A stretch of DNA of 32,000 bases from Phycisphaera mikurensis NBRC 102666 (GCF_000284115.1 NC_017080.1:1110001-1142000), one strand, 5' to 3'. Numbered from the stretch's first letter, positions 19,662-30,193 are shown. The notes: a model not told the origin generated them from the sequence alone. Translations and numbers: made by a program.

Positions 19662-22526
19662 TCAGCGATCGAGCACGAGGTAGAGCGCGTCCTCGGGAAG
19701 CTCGACCTCCAGCCGACCCTCCGCCCGCTCCACCGGGAGCTCACGCACGGGCAGGAAGTTCGCATCGGTGACGGTGGCTCGGAGCGGCCGGTCGTTCGCG
19801 AGCGAGAGCCGGCCCCGCAGACGCTCCACCCGCCACGGCGTCTCGCCGGTGTCGACGATGCGGGAGGCGGGACCCGCCTCGCCGTCGATCTCCAGCTCGA
19901 TCTCCTCGACCGTCCAGCCGGTGGGGCGGGCACGGGTGCCCATCTGCACGAGGATCCGCTCGCTGGTCGAGAGCGGCTGCGCGTCCAGCGAAACGGCGGC
20001 GACGGCGGCGTATTCGTTCTCGATGGAGAAGCGGGCATCGCCCAGGTCGATCGGCCCCGCCGCCCCGAGGAAGCCGACGGCGGCCTGCGCGCGCGGGCTC
20101 TGGATCCGGTAGACGCCCGCGTCGATGTCCAGGGCGGTCTGGCCGTTCCCGCCGCGGACCGCGCTCCCGTCCGCGGCGATGAACGCGCCGAGGTCGGCCA
20201 CCTCGCTGCGGTCCGCGGATCCGGCGTGGTAATCCACCAGCACCGGTCCCACGAGAAAGGCCAGCGGATCAACGAGCGTCTCGACCGCCGACGGCGCGGC
20301 CTGGAGCCCCTCGTCGCGGTTGGGGTCGAACGCGGAGGACTCGCTGGTGAGCGGCATTCTCCCGCCCCAGATGTCGGCGGGCGGCCGCGCTTCGACCACC
20401 ACCGGGTCGACCGGATCCACCATGGCTTCGCGGAACAGGAGCGCCGCCGCGGGGAACTGACCGAGCGTCATCGGCGTGGCGTACGTCCACTTGCGGGGGC
20501 CCTCGCGTCTTCTCGCCGACTCCCACTGCGGCGCGTGGTTGGCGAACCAGAAGAGAGCGTCGACGCCGCTCTGTGCCTGCTGGCTCGCGACGATCAGCGG
20601 GCCCTCCGCCTCATACCCGTTCGGCGGGACCCACAGGCTCTCGGTGATGAGGAAAGGGAAGCCTGCCGGCTGGCGCACGTTGTTGGGCAGCTCCCGCGGG
20701 TTCCTCGTGGCCGAGGCGTTGCGGAAGATGTGGTCCTCCTTGATCTGCCAGCCGCGGGTCCGCCCGGTGTGCAGCGCGGCGAAGTAGTGGTTCTTCGCCA
20801 TCACCTCGTTGCCGGCGTAGCTGTACCGCTCGGCGTCGTCGGCGAGCACGGGGTCGGACGTCCGCCAGTTTCCGGCGTTGATGAGCTGCGGGGCCCCGAG
20901 TTCCTCCCGGAGAAAGCGGGCGGTCTCCTCGTTGAAGCTCCGCATCTGGTGGGTCATGAAAGCGAGCTGGTCGCCGCGACGCTCGCGGAAGCCGGGGATG
21001 CGGCCCTTCTGTTCCAGCGCGTCCACCCCGTAGTCCCACGGGTGCAGGAGCGCCGGCAGGCCGTCCTTCCAGTCCTCTTCGGCGGGTCCGTGGGTGAAGC
21101 CTCGCCAGCGCTCTCTCACGGCATCCACCGAGCCGTGCTCCGCCACCAGCCAGTCGCGGAAGAGCCCGCGCAGGATCGTCTCCGCCTCGCCCTTGATCCG
21201 GCCAGCGGTGAAGAACAGCAGCGAGTCCTCGTTCTGCAGCTGGATGATGGCCACCGCCGGCTCGTTCTTGAGCGCGACGCCCGTGTACGGGTTCGGCCGG
21301 GTGTACAGCTCCCGCAGCCAGCCCCGGTACGCCGCCTGCACCTCGGGCACGAAGAAGACCAGACCCGAGAGGTTGCCGCTGCCGGAGTGCGGGAAGTCGT
21401 CCTTCCACGACCCGCGCACCTTGGTGTGGCTGCCCCAGTACGGGCTGAGGACCGAGTAGATCCCAGCCCGCTTCATCGCCGCGACCAGCTTGAACGCTTC
21501 GTCGAGGTTCTCCTCGTCGAGGGTCTCCAGCGTCGGGGCCTCCTTCTTGGCATCCGGCCAGCCGGCGCTGATGGAGAGGTCGCCGTGCCAGCGGACCACG
21601 TTGACGCCGCGCTTGGCAAGGAAGCGGCCGTGGTCCGCCAACTCGTCCACGGACAGCTCCTGCTGGTTGTAGTCGGTGCCGCCCCAGAAGCGGATCGGCC
21701 GGCCATCGCCCCGCACGAAGCTCATGCCGTCCGCGGAGAGCCCGATGAAGCCGTGCTCCCCGGCCACGGGCTCGTTGAGCGGCCGGAGGTCGAGCAGCGC
21801 CGCCTCGTCGAAGGTGTCGGTCGGCGGCTCGAACGCCCAGAGGTCCGCCGGGTCGGCGGTCTTCAGCCGGGGATTCGGCTCGCCCGGCTTGAACTCGCCG
21901 AGAGGCTCGAACGCCTCGGTCGCCAGCACCATCACGTCGAGCCCGGCGTGCGGCTTCTCCGAATCCGGGTCGCCGAACCAGACCTTCACCTCGTGGGTGC
22001 CGGCGTCGAGCTGCACCGGCTCCAGCCGGAGCCACGCGAGGTGGCGGGCGTCGGTCGCGCCGTCAGAGGCGAGGTTCCGCTCGTCCTGGACGGCGGGCTC
22101 GTGATCTCCGGCGCTTCGATCCTTCTGGTCCTCCGCCCGGATCGCTTCCGGGTCGATCTGCACCTCCGGCTCGCCGCCGAAGCGGATCGTCAGGTGCCCG
22201 TCGCCCGTGCCGACGCGGAGCCACGGCGTGTACCAGCCGGCCTCGGAGACTTCCACCTCGTACCGTGCCCAACCACGCTCTTGCCCCGGCTCGGAGAAGC
22301 TGTTGATCCACGCGTCGCCGGACATCTCCGCCACCCGGTGCGCGTCGTACCAGTCGTTGCGAAACGTTTCCTGCTCGGCGGCGTCTTCGCCTTCGATCCA
22401 GAGGATCTCGGCGCTCGCGGGGAGGGCGAGCAGGCACAACGCGGCGACGCGGCCAAGCGTTCGCGGGGCGGCGGCGGGACACACGCTCACCCCCCGAACG
22501 GGACGGTGGGTTTGCGGGACCCTCAT
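19662..22526 (-). CDS. Large secreted putative clan GH-A glycoside hydrolase with N-terminal CBM-like domain
   Basis: N-terminal region with ILWIEGEDAAEQETF... beta-sandwich-like sequence; GLSADGMSFVRGDGRPIRFWGGTDYNQQ; AIIQLQNEDSLLF (candidate acid/base) and FLITESLWVPPNGYEAEGP (candidate nucleophile). ATG at 22526 overlaps the upstream stop. Confidence 0.75.
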   Translation of the reverse strand: MRVPQTHRPVRGVSVCPAAAPRTLGRVAALCLLALPASAEILWIEGEDAAEQETFRNDWYDAHRVAEMSGDAWINSFSEPGQERGWARYEVEVSEAGWYTPWLRVGTGDGHLTIRFGGEPEVQIDPEAIRAEDQKDRSAGDHEPAVQDERNLASDGATDARHLAWLRLEPVQLDAGTHEVKVWFGDPDSEKPHAGLDVMVLATEAFEPLGEFKPGEPNPRLKTADPADLWAFEPPTDTFDEAALLDLRPLNEPVAGEHGFIGLSADGMSFVRGDGRPIRFWGGTDYNQQELSVDELADHGRFLAKRGVNVVRWHGDLSISAGWPDAKKEAPTLETLDEENLDEAFKLVAAMKRAGIYSVLSPYWGSHTKVRGSWKDDFPHSGSGNLSGLVFFVPEVQAAYRGWLRELYTRPNPYTGVALKNEPAVAIIQLQNEDSLLFFTAGRIKGEAETILRGLFRDWLVAEHGSVDAVRERWRGFTHGPAEEDWKDGLPALLHPWDYGVDALEQKGRIPGFRERRGDQLAFMTHQMRSFNEETARFLREELGAPQLINAGNWRTSDPVLADDAERYSYAGNEVMAKNHYFAALHTGRTRGWQIKEDHIFRNASATRNPRELPNNVRQPAGFPFLITESLWVPPNGYEAEGPLIVASQQAQSGVDALFWFANHAPQWESARRREGPRKWTYATPMTLGQFPAAALLFREAMVDPVDPVVVEARPPADIWGGRMPLTSESSAFDPNRDEGLQAAPSAVETLVDPLAFLVGPVLVDYHAGSADRSEVADLGAFIAADGSAVRGGNGQTALDIDAGVYRIQSPRAQAAVGFLGAAGPIDLGDARFSIENEYAAVAAVSLDAQPLSTSERILVQMGTRARPTGWTVEEIELEIDGEAGPASRIVDTGETPWRVERLRGRLSLANDRPLRATVTDANFLPVRELPVERAEGRLEVELPEDALYLVLDR

Positions 22527-24178
22527 CGCGGCTCCGCGGCCGGCGGCGTCAGGCCGTAGTGCTCGATCAGCATCCTGTACTTGACCGCCTCGTCCAGCGG
22601 CTGGCCGAGGTGCTCCATGTGGCCCCACTGGCCGTTGCGGTTCCAGTTGTGGACGAGCACGAAGGGCGTGTTGCTCGCCAGGCCGCTGGCCTCGTGCCGC
22701 TCCAGCCATCGCTCGTAGAGGCCGGCGAACCGCGGCGTTCGCTCAACCTCGAAGAGGAAGTCGACGAAGGCGGGCTTGAGGTCGTAGATGGGGACCTTCT
22801 TGGGCTTGCCCTGCCCGTTGAGCTCCGGCTCGGGAGGCAGCACCCGCTTGCTGGCGATCAGGTGCGAGTTGCCCTCGTAGCTCACCACGGGGACGCCGGC
22901 CTTGGCCGCCAGCTCGTACTGGTGCGCGGGGGCGTGGTTGTCGGGCAGGAACTCGTCCTTGCGGAAGGGGCCGCTGCCCAGCCGGAGCTCCAGCTCGTCC
23001 ATGAAAGCCTCCGGCGTGACGGGCCAGCGCTCCATCGCCCACTCCTCCATGCCGTGCGAGAAGTAGGTGGTGATGGCGAGGACGTCGAAGTCGCGGCCGG
23101 GCTCGGCGGCCTCGAAACGCTTCCTCGTTTTCCAGCCCTTGCCGTGGTTGGTGTGGGTGCCGACCACCCGGACGAGGCGGTCGGTGCCGCCGAACTCCCG
23201 CTCGAAGATGCGGAAGACGTTGAGCGCCTTGGCCATGTACTTGTCCTCGACCCGCTCGCCGGGGACGTTCTGGTCGACCCACTTGGTCTGCTGGAACTGC
23301 CAGTTCCAGACTTCGTTGCTGTACTCGACCCAGACGCGGAGGCCCTCCTCGAGCGGCTCGCCGGTCTGCTCGCCGGTGGCGGGGTCGACGCCGGTGCGGA
23401 CCAGGGCGGCGAGGTTCCGCACGTAGTCGTCGGTGGCCAGGTGCGGCACGCAGAGCCACAGGTCGTTGCCCGTCTGGTTGCACAGCTCGACCATCGCCTC
23501 CCAGGCCGCGCCGCCCTTCACGGGCGTCTTGGCGTCGGAGCGCGTCAGCGTCTGCACGTAGGTGGGCCAGTCGGCGGGCGTGCGGTCGGCCCAGTCTCTC
23601 TGCTCGGAATGATTCGTGAGGCCCAGGTCCATGAAGCGGAGGTGGCTCCCGCGGAAAGGCTCGATCACCGCGAGGTACGCCGGGTTCCAGCGGCTCTTGA
23701 GCGTCTCGGTGCCGGGCAGGTAGAGGTGGAGGTCGCTCACGGGGAAGGCGTCGATCTCGATCTCGAAGCCGTAGCTCTCGACCTGCGGGACGCGGTACAC
23801 CCGGCGATGCACGCCGTCGTCTGTCTCGTCGTGGACGAGCTCTGCGGCGTGCGGGCGGTCCAGCCGTGCCTCGCCCCCGCCCCGCCAGGTGAGCACGTAC
23901 TCGCCGGCGGGGAAGGTGTCGCCGGCGTCGACGCCGATCCGGGCGTTCACGGTCTTGCCGGCGACGGCCCCGGTCGGGTAGCCCCGCTCGTCCCAGCCCG
24001 CGACGTTCAGCCACCTGGCGGTCTTCACCAGGTCGTTGAAGGGGCTGTAGGACATGTAGTAGTTCAGGCCGCCGAGGCCCGGGCCGACGCGTGCGAAGTC
24101 CGCGGGTGCGGCGGATGCGGAGCGGGCGCCGAGCGAGGCGACGAGGAGACAGGCGAAGCGGAGAAGCGGGTGGCGCAT
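22523..24178 (-). CDS. Secreted putative clan GH-A-like glycoside hydrolase
   Basis: Signal peptide MRHPLLRFACLLVASLGARSASA; LNYYMSYSPFNDLVKTARWLN; VWVEYSNEVWNWQFQQTKW (candidate acid/base NE) and VPVVSYEGNSHLIA (candidate nucleophile). Confidence 0.7.
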   Translation of the reverse strand: MRHPLLRFACLLVASLGARSASAAPADFARVGPGLGGLNYYMSYSPFNDLVKTARWLNVAGWDERGYPTGAVAGKTVNARIGVDAGDTFPAGEYVLTWRGGGEARLDRPHAAELVHDETDDGVHRRVYRVPQVESYGFEIEIDAFPVSDLHLYLPGTETLKSRWNPAYLAVIEPFRGSHLRFMDLGLTNHSEQRDWADRTPADWPTYVQTLTRSDAKTPVKGGAAWEAMVELCNQTGNDLWLCVPHLATDDYVRNLAALVRTGVDPATGEQTGEPLEEGLRVWVEYSNEVWNWQFQQTKWVDQNVPGERVEDKYMAKALNVFRIFEREFGGTDRLVRVVGTHTNHGKGWKTRKRFEAAEPGRDFDVLAITTYFSHGMEEWAMERWPVTPEAFMDELELRLGSGPFRKDEFLPDNHAPAHQYELAAKAGVPVVSYEGNSHLIASKRVLPPEPELNGQGKPKKVPIYDLKPAFVDFLFEVERTPRFAGLYERWLERHEASGLASNTPFVLVHNWNRNGQWGHMEHLGQPLDEAVKYRMLIEHYGLTPPAAEPR

Positions 24179-24212
24179 CGGGTTGCGGAGGGAGCGGGTT
24201 GCGAGGTGCGGG

Positions 24213-25697
24213 TCAGGCGCCCACGCGGGCCAGCGGCGGGCGGTCGGGCAGCGTGTCGAGGTTCCAGCGGGCGAGCCGCTGCAGGAGGTCGCAGCGGGCC
24301 GCGGCCAGCGCCGGGTCGTCGATCCGGTTGTCCATCTCCCAGGGGTCGGCGGCGAGGTCGTACAGCTCGTCGCCGCCGGCCTCGCGCACGACGAGCTTGT
24401 GGCGGTGGGTCCGCACCATCTGGGCGCGGGCGAGGCTGTCGGGCACGCGCTGGTAGGTCAGCTGCTTCCGCTGGTCCGGGTCGACGTCCCCGCGGGCCGC
24501 CATCGCGGCGCGGCTGGCGGGGTCGTGGCCGCCATCGGCGAAGACCGCCTCGCGCCCGGCCCGCTCCCCCTCGATCACCGGGAGCAGGCTGCGGCCGTGG
24601 GCGCCGGGCAGCGGGGGCAGGTCCAGCAGGTCGAGCAGCGTCGGGGCCAGGTCCGTGTGATCGGTGAGCGCCTCCAGGCGGCGACCGGCGGGCAGCGACG
24701 GCGCGACGATCGCCGCGGGCACGTGCGTCAGGCAGTCGCAGAAGGAGGTGTCCCACTTCTCGACGAGCCCGTGCTGGCCGGCGTAGTCGCCGTGGTCGCT
24801 CCAGAGCAGCACGACCGTGTCATCGAAGAGGCCCTGCGCCTCGATGGCCCCGACGACCTGCCCCATCAGGTGGTCGACCTTGGCGATCATGCCCAGGTAC
24901 ACGGCCTGGATCTCGCGAAGGGCGGCTTCGTTCTCTTCGACGTCGGCCCCTGTCCGGTGCTCCCGCTGCGCGGTCATCGGCAGCGGGGCCCCCGCGGGCA
25001 AACCGCGCGGCCAGGCCCGCAGGGCCTCGCGATCGACCCTGGAGAACCACGGTTCCTCGACCTTGTACGGGGTGTGCGGCCGCTCGAGGTTGAGCTGCAG
25101 GAAGAAGGGCCGGTCGCGGTCGCGGTGCTCGGTGACAAAAGACACCGCCTGCTCCGCGAAGGCCTCGTCGGTGGGGTAGGAGCCGCGCCCGGCGAAGTCG
25201 CAGCGGCTGCGGGCATCGGGCGGCATCACGCCGTGGGGGTCGGGCTCGGGCTCGGCGGCCGCCTCTGCGTGTCGCCGGTAGATCTCGGCGAAGGGCGGCT
25301 TCCAAGAGTGATGATCCAGGCGCTGCCCCCGCTTCCCGGGTTCCAGGTCCGGCGGCGTCTGGCTCGCCTCAAGCGCGTGCTCCCAGCAGTGGTTCTTGCC
25401 GAAGAGCGCGGTCTGGTAGCCCGCGTCGATGAGGGTCGAGAGCAGATCGGGCCGATCCGCGGGCAGGAGTTGGGTGATGTCGCGGTACCCGTCGGTGTGC
25501 GCGTAGCGGCCGGTGACCAAGCTCACCCGCGCCGGCGTGCACTTGGGGAAGGTCGAGAAGTGCCGGGACAGCAGCACGCCGCGGCCGCACAGGGCATCCA
25601 TGTGCGGCGTGTACGCGTCCGCGTCGAGGCCGTTGATGCCGAGGCAGTCGCCCCGCATCTGGTCGGTGCAGAGGATGACGAGGTTGCGTGCGGGCAT
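24213..25697 (-). CDS. Formylglycine-dependent sulfatase
   Basis: MPARNLVILCTDQMRGDCLGINGLDADAYTPHMDAL; signature FPKCTPARVSLVTGRY; LLWSDHGDYAGQHGLVEKW. Confidence 0.93.
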   Translation of the reverse strand: MPARNLVILCTDQMRGDCLGINGLDADAYTPHMDALCGRGVLLSRHFSTFPKCTPARVSLVTGRYAHTDGYRDITQLLPADRPDLLSTLIDAGYQTALFGKNHCWEHALEASQTPPDLEPGKRGQRLDHHSWKPPFAEIYRRHAEAAAEPEPDPHGVMPPDARSRCDFAGRGSYPTDEAFAEQAVSFVTEHRDRDRPFFLQLNLERPHTPYKVEEPWFSRVDREALRAWPRGLPAGAPLPMTAQREHRTGADVEENEAALREIQAVYLGMIAKVDHLMGQVVGAIEAQGLFDDTVVLLWSDHGDYAGQHGLVEKWDTSFCDCLTHVPAAIVAPSLPAGRRLEALTDHTDLAPTLLDLLDLPPLPGAHGRSLLPVIEGERAGREAVFADGGHDPASRAAMAARGDVDPDQRKQLTYQRVPDSLARAQMVRTHRHKLVVREAGGDELYDLAADPWEMDNRIDDPALAAARCDLLQRLARWNLDTLPDRPPLARVGA

Positions 25698-25756
25698 GCG
25701 GAGTCGGCGAGCGTCAGGAGCTGGAGGACCCGGTGAAGGCAGCACCGGCGGCGGGC

Positions 25757-26536
25757 TCAGAAATCGAAGTCGCTCTGCAGCTCCGCGGCGTTCCATTCAT
25801 TGACGCTGAAGCCGCTGCCGTCCACCCGGGCGAGGTTCACCACGCCCGCGTGGTCGTCGATGCTGCCGTCCTGGGCGACCTGCCAGGGCATCTGGTTCGC
25901 CTGTTCGCCGGGTGCTCCCGCGGGGTTCTCCGCCGCGATGGTGCGGGAGTCGAAGGTCCACTCCCCGCCGATGAGCCGGCCGTCCCCGTCGCCGAGCATC
26001 ACGACGTTGGTCGGGACCCGCTCGAGCCGGACCGGGCGGACCCGGAAGTCGAAGGGGCCGATGCCCGGGCCTCCGCCGCCGCTGGACCCGTTGCGGTCGC
26101 CCTGCAGGTTCGTGTTCATCGCGTAATGGCAGATCGAGTTGATGTTGTCCCGCAGCGGCAGGTCGCTGGCGAAGGGGCAGTTCCACACGAAACCCGAGGC
26201 CGCGGCGAGGTTCTTGGTGCCGACGGCCTCGACGTCTTGGATGTAGTCCGTGGTCCGCATGCGGCGGAACCAGTCCCCGGGGATCTCCGGCGGGCGGACC
26301 GACGCGGCCTCCGCGGCATTCCCGCGGAACCGGTAAGGCAGGTAGCCCTTGTGGTCGGCGGCGTAGGTATGGAAACCGATCGACAGCTGCCGCAGGTTGC
26401 TGCCGCAGGACATGCTGCGGGCCGCGGCGCGGGCGGCGCCGAGTGCCGGCAGCAGGATGCCGATCAGCAGCGCGATGATGCTGATCACCACGAGCAGCTC
26501 GATGAGGGTAAAGCCTTGGCGGGCGGTTCTGGACAT
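25757..26536 (-). CDS. Type II secretion/type IV pilus-like pseudopilin (N-terminal methylation motif)
   Basis: [67 protein letters not shown], nearly identical N-terminal helix to the 4858..5703 protein. Confidence 0.9.
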   Translation of the reverse strand: MSRTARQGFTLIELLVVISIIALLIGILLPALGAARAAARSMSCGSNLRQLSIGFHTYAADHKGYLPYRFRGNAAEAASVRPPEIPGDWFRRMRTTDYIQDVEAVGTKNLAAASGFVWNCPFASDLPLRDNINSICHYAMNTNLQGDRNGSSGGGGPGIGPFDFRVRPVRLERVPTNVVMLGDGDGRLIGGEWTFDSRTIAAENPAGAPGEQANQMPWQVAQDGSIDDHAGVVNLARVDGSGFSVNEWNAAELQSDFDF

Positions 26537-26633
26537 GAAAGAACCTTTGGAGGAGCGAGAGGTGGAGAAGGCCCCCGCTCGCCGTTGGGCGGGCCGGGGA
26601 GAGCGGGTGTTCGGGGAGAGCGGCGGTCGGGCG

Positions 26634-27446
26634 TCAGCGACGACGGCCCATCATCAGCAGCCCGCCAGCACCCAGAAGCGCCAGCGACGCGGGCTCGGGG
26701 ATCACGGCGTTGAAGTCATCGAAGCTGGTGGTTCCCACGCCGCCGTTCCCGCCCGCGACGCCGATCACGCCGAGCCGGTACTCGGTGTCTTCTTCCTGAA
26801 AGCCGGAGAACTGGGCACTGGTGATCGACTGGGACGCGGTGCCGGTGTCGAAGACGACGCTGCCGTTGACATCGGTGACGACGGCGGAGGTGTCGACCTG
26901 CCAGTCGTTGCCGCCGTTGTTGGTGACGGTCGAAGTCAGATCGACCTCCAGCGGGCCGCCGGAGAAGTTGGCAAGCACCGACTGCGAGATGGACTCCTGG
27001 AAGCGGGTGCCGGAGTTGGCGGTGAAGCGGATCCGGTCGTCGCTCCCGAGGAAGAAGACCGAGAGCCCGCTGATCACGCCGTCGTTCAGGGCGGACTTGT
27101 TGCCGTCGCTGGTGCCGATCTCGAAGATCGTGGCGCTGCCGCTGCTGCCGGACCCGTTGGCCAGCTGGCCGATGGTGAAGCTGACGTTGACGGTGCCTTC
27201 CGTGACCGCGGCGTTGATGCCCTTGGTCAGGTAGGCGCGGTCGCCGGAGAAGTTGTCTCCGCCGTCGTTGGCCTCGATCTGGCCGACGCCGGTGAGGGTC
27301 GCGTTGCCGGCGGTGACGGCGGTGTCCCAGTCGTACGGCGACACGCCGTCGAAGTCACTGGAGAAGTTGAGGCTGGCCGACGCACTCCCGGCGCATCCGA
27401 GGGCAAGGGCGAGGCAGGCGGTGGTGGTGGTGGGGAAAGGATGCAT
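26634..27446 (-). CDS. PEP-CTERM sorting-domain secreted protein
   Basis: Signal peptide [24 protein letters not shown]; C-terminus [24 protein letters not shown]. Confidence 0.88.
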   Translation of the reverse strand: MHPFPTTTTACLALALGCAGSASASLNFSSDFDGVSPYDWDTAVTAGNATLTGVGQIEANDGGDNFSGDRAYLTKGINAAVTEGTVNVSFTIGQLANGSGSSGSATIFEIGTSDGNKSALNDGVISGLSVFFLGSDDRIRFTANSGTRFQESISQSVLANFSGGPLEVDLTSTVTNNGGNDWQVDTSAVVTDVNGSVVFDTGTASQSITSAQFSGFQEEDTEYRLGVIGVAGGNGGVGTTSFDDFNAVIPEPASLALLGAGGLLMMGRRR

Positions 27447-27494
27447 GTCTAGAAACCTCCGTGGGGACATCAGAAGGAAGCGAGAGGGCGGGCG

Positions 27495-28550
27495 TCAGGC
27501 CCGCGTGGAACGGGCAACGCTGCCCGTGCGGTGAAACTCGAAAGGCAGGACGACCGGGCTCCGCGGTGTGTCTGAAGCTCCGATCAGCGCCGTCAACTCC
27601 GCCACCGCCGCTGCGCCCATGCGGAAATGCGGGGTCAGGACGCGGTCGAGCGCGAAGTCTTCGCCGCTGGCGGCGTGGTTGTCGAAGGTGATCAGCGAGA
27701 GGTCTTCGGGCAGCCGCAGCGACAGCGACAACGCCGCCATCGCCATCACGCGGCCGTGCTCGTTGGAGCAGATCATCGCGGTGGGGCGGTCGGGCCGCTG
27801 GAGCATCCGCACGCACTCCTCGAAGAGGCGGCCGGGCGCGTACACGCCGCGGACGCGAGGACGAAGCGTCTCGATCCGGGGCTTGAGCCCCCGCTCCCGC
27901 ATCGCCCGGGCGTAGCCGACCCGCCGGTCGGCCACGCTGTAGTGGTGCTCCTCGCTGGTGAGGTCATCGGCTTCCGAAGCGCGGTCCACGAACCACGCGC
28001 TGCGGTGCCCGTGGTCGAGCACGAAGCGGGTCGCCTCCAAGGCGGCGCCTTCATCGGCGGGGTGGACGCAGTTGCTCTCGCGCTTGCGATTGATCCAGAA
28101 GGAGGGGATGTGGCAGCGGTCGATCAGGTCGCGGACCGTCGCCGGCGTGCCGAAGACGTAGTTGATCAGCAGGCCGTCGACGGCGTTCTCGCGGACGATC
28201 CGCGGGGCGCGGGCGTCGTCGTCGCCGCGGTGAAGCGGCGAGTCGATGACGTCGCGGAGCAGGCAGAGGCCTCGCTCATGGAGCGCGTGGTCGAGCCCGG
28301 CGTCGAACTCGGGGGCGTGCACCGAGCGGGAAAGCTCCGGGCTGCGGATCATCCCCAGGTAGCCGGTGCGGCCGTTGCGGGTCGCGGCGGCGGCCGCGTT
28401 GGGCCGGTAGCCGAGGGCGGCCGCGGCGGCGAAGACCCGCTGGCGGGTCGATTCCGCGACGCGGCCTTTGCCGCTGAAGGACCGCGACACCGTCATGTGC
28501 GTGACGCCGACGGCACGGGCGACGTCGTTGAGCGTGGGGGCGTTCGACAT
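27495..28550 (-). CDS. LacI-family transcriptional regulator
   Basis: MSNAPTLNDVARAVGVTHMTVSRSFSGKGRVAESTRQRVFAAAAALGYRPNAAAAATRNGRTGYLGMI; ligand-binding domain with LRLPEDLSLITFDNH. ATG at 28550 chosen. Confidence 0.95.
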   Translation of the reverse strand: MSNAPTLNDVARAVGVTHMTVSRSFSGKGRVAESTRQRVFAAAAALGYRPNAAAAATRNGRTGYLGMIRSPELSRSVHAPEFDAGLDHALHERGLCLLRDVIDSPLHRGDDDARAPRIVRENAVDGLLINYVFGTPATVRDLIDRCHIPSFWINRKRESNCVHPADEGAALEATRFVLDHGHRSAWFVDRASEADDLTSEEHHYSVADRRVGYARAMRERGLKPRIETLRPRVRGVYAPGRLFEECVRMLQRPDRPTAMICSNEHGRVMAMAALSLSLRLPEDLSLITFDNHAASGEDFALDRVLTPHFRMGAAAVAELTALIGASDTPRSPVVLPFEFHRTGSVARSTRA

Positions 28551-28612
28551 GCAGGGGGTCCGAGTGGACGAAGACGCGTCGGGAGCGACCGGAGCCGCAG
28601 CCGAGAGAGCCA

Positions 28613-28640
28613 ATGTTATCGTGAGAGCAACGGCTGTCAA
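28613..28640 (-). promoter_or_regulatory. Candidate sigma70-like promoter for the LacI gene in the divergent intergenic region
   Basis: On the minus strand TTGACA (28640-28635), 16-nt spacer, TAACAT (28618-28613); AT-richer than surroundings. Confidence 0.5.
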
Positions 28641-28726
28641 CCGGATCTTCTCCCGCCGCTGCGGTCGCCGGAGTCTCCCCCGTCGACGACGCTTTGATCC
28701 CGCTCGTCTCCGGCCAAACTCGAAGG

Positions 28727-30193
28727 ATGAACGCCCGCCCCAACGTCCTGTGGATCTGCACCGACAGCCAGCGGTGGGACACGCTGGGCTGCTACGGCAA
28801 CGGCTGGGTCGCCACGCCGAACCTCGACCGGCTCGCCGCCGGCGGCGTCCGTTTCGCCAACGCCTTCAGCCAGAGCCCGCTGTGTACGCCCAGCCGCGGG
28901 AGCTTCCTCACCGGCCGCTACCCGGTGACCAACCGCCTGCGGCAGAACGGGCAGGAGTGCCCGCCGGACCTGCGGCCGGTCACCCGCGACCTCGCGGACG
29001 CCGGCTACGCCTGCGGGCTTGTCGGCAAGCTGCACCTCAACCCCTGCGACCGCCGGCTGGCGCTGGGCCCGGACTGGTGGAAGAGCGACAAGCGGGACTG
29101 GTTCCGCGGGGCAGAGCCGCGGCTGGACGACGGGTACTCGGTGTTCGAGTGGGACCACGCCGCCAAGAGCGAGGACCCGGCGAGCGCCTACGGCCGCTGG
29201 CTCCGCGGCCGCGGGGTGAGCGTGCCGCTGGAGAAGCCGCCACGGGAGGATTGTGGATCCGTGCGGGTCGGCCCCTCGGTCGAGAACCACCAGAGCACCT
29301 GGGGCTGCGAGCGGGCGATGACCTTCGTCGAGAGCTACGCCGATGACCCGCACCCGTGGCTGCTGTCGCTGAATCTGTTCGACCCGCACTTCCCCTTCGA
29401 CCCGCCGCCGGAGCTGCTGGATCGCCACCTCGACCGGCTCGACGACATCCCCCTGCCGGTCGACGCGGACCGGGAGCCCGCGACGCACCCGGCGTGGCGG
29501 CGGCGTTGGGCGGAGCGCGACGCGGGCCGGAGCGAACGGGAGCACCGGCTGGTCCGCGCTGCCTACTGGGCGATGATCGACCTCCTCGACGCGCAGGTCG
29601 GCCGCCTGCTCGACACGCTCGACCGCACCGGGCAGAGAGAGGACACCCTGGTGATCTTCACCAGCGACCACGGCGAGATGCTCGGCGACCACGGGCTCTA
29701 CAAGAAGGGTCCGGCCCTGTACGAGCCCGCGGTGCACGTGCCGCTGATCCTCTCGCAGCCCGAGACGCTCCCGGCGGGGGAGGTCGTGGACGAGCTGGTG
29801 GAGCTTTCGGACCTGGTGCCGACGCTGCGGGAACGCTGCGGGCTGGAGCCGGGGGCCGCGGTGCAGGGCCGCTCGCTCGCGCCGCTGCTGGGCGGCGACG
29901 GTGACGGCGGCGACGGTCCCTGGCGCGACAGCGTCTACGCCGAGTACCTCAACGCGAATCCGGACGAGCCGCCGGTGTACCTGACGATGCTCCGCACCCG
30001 CGACGCGAAGCTGATCCGCTGCCACGGCGGCGAGGGCAGCGCGCTCTTCGACCTCGCGGCCGACCCGCACGAGCAGCGGAACCTCTGGGCCGATCCCGGG
30101 TCCGCCGCACGCAAGACCGACATGCTTCTCCGCCTCACCGACCGGCAGGCACGCACGGCCGATCCGCTGCCGCGCCGCGTCGGCGTCTTCTGA
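28727..30193 (+). CDS. Formylglycine-dependent sulfatase
   Basis: MNARPNVLWICTDSQRWDTLGCYGNGWVATPNLDRLAAGGVRF; signature SPLCTPSRGSFLTGRYP; FTSDHGEMLGDHGLYKKGP. Confidence 0.95.
   Translation: MNARPNVLWICTDSQRWDTLGCYGNGWVATPNLDRLAAGGVRFANAFSQSPLCTPSRGSFLTGRYPVTNRLRQNGQECPPDLRPVTRDLADAGYACGLVGKLHLNPCDRRLALGPDWWKSDKRDWFRGAEPRLDDGYSVFEWDHAAKSEDPASAYGRWLRGRGVSVPLEKPPREDCGSVRVGPSVENHQSTWGCERAMTFVESYADDPHPWLLSLNLFDPHFPFDPPPELLDRHLDRLDDIPLPVDADREPATHPAWRRRWAERDAGRSEREHRLVRAAYWAMIDLLDAQVGRLLDTLDRTGQREDTLVIFTSDHGEMLGDHGLYKKGPALYEPAVHVPLILSQPETLPAGEVVDELVELSDLVPTLRERCGLEPGAAVQGRSLAPLLGGDGDGGDGPWRDSVYAEYLNANPDEPPVYLTMLRTRDAKLIRCHGGEGSALFDLAADPHEQRNLWADPGSAARKTDMLLRLTDRQARTADPLPRRVGVF

Noticed and set aside
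19659-19664. Possible overlap between the GH36-like and 954-aa hydrolase genes
   Set aside because: The stop (19662-19664) and the next start (19657-19659) are separated by 2 nt; ordinary operon spacing.
19632-22559. 975-aa plus-strand ORF
   Set aside because: Antisense to the 954-aa hydrolase, composition typical of shadow frames.
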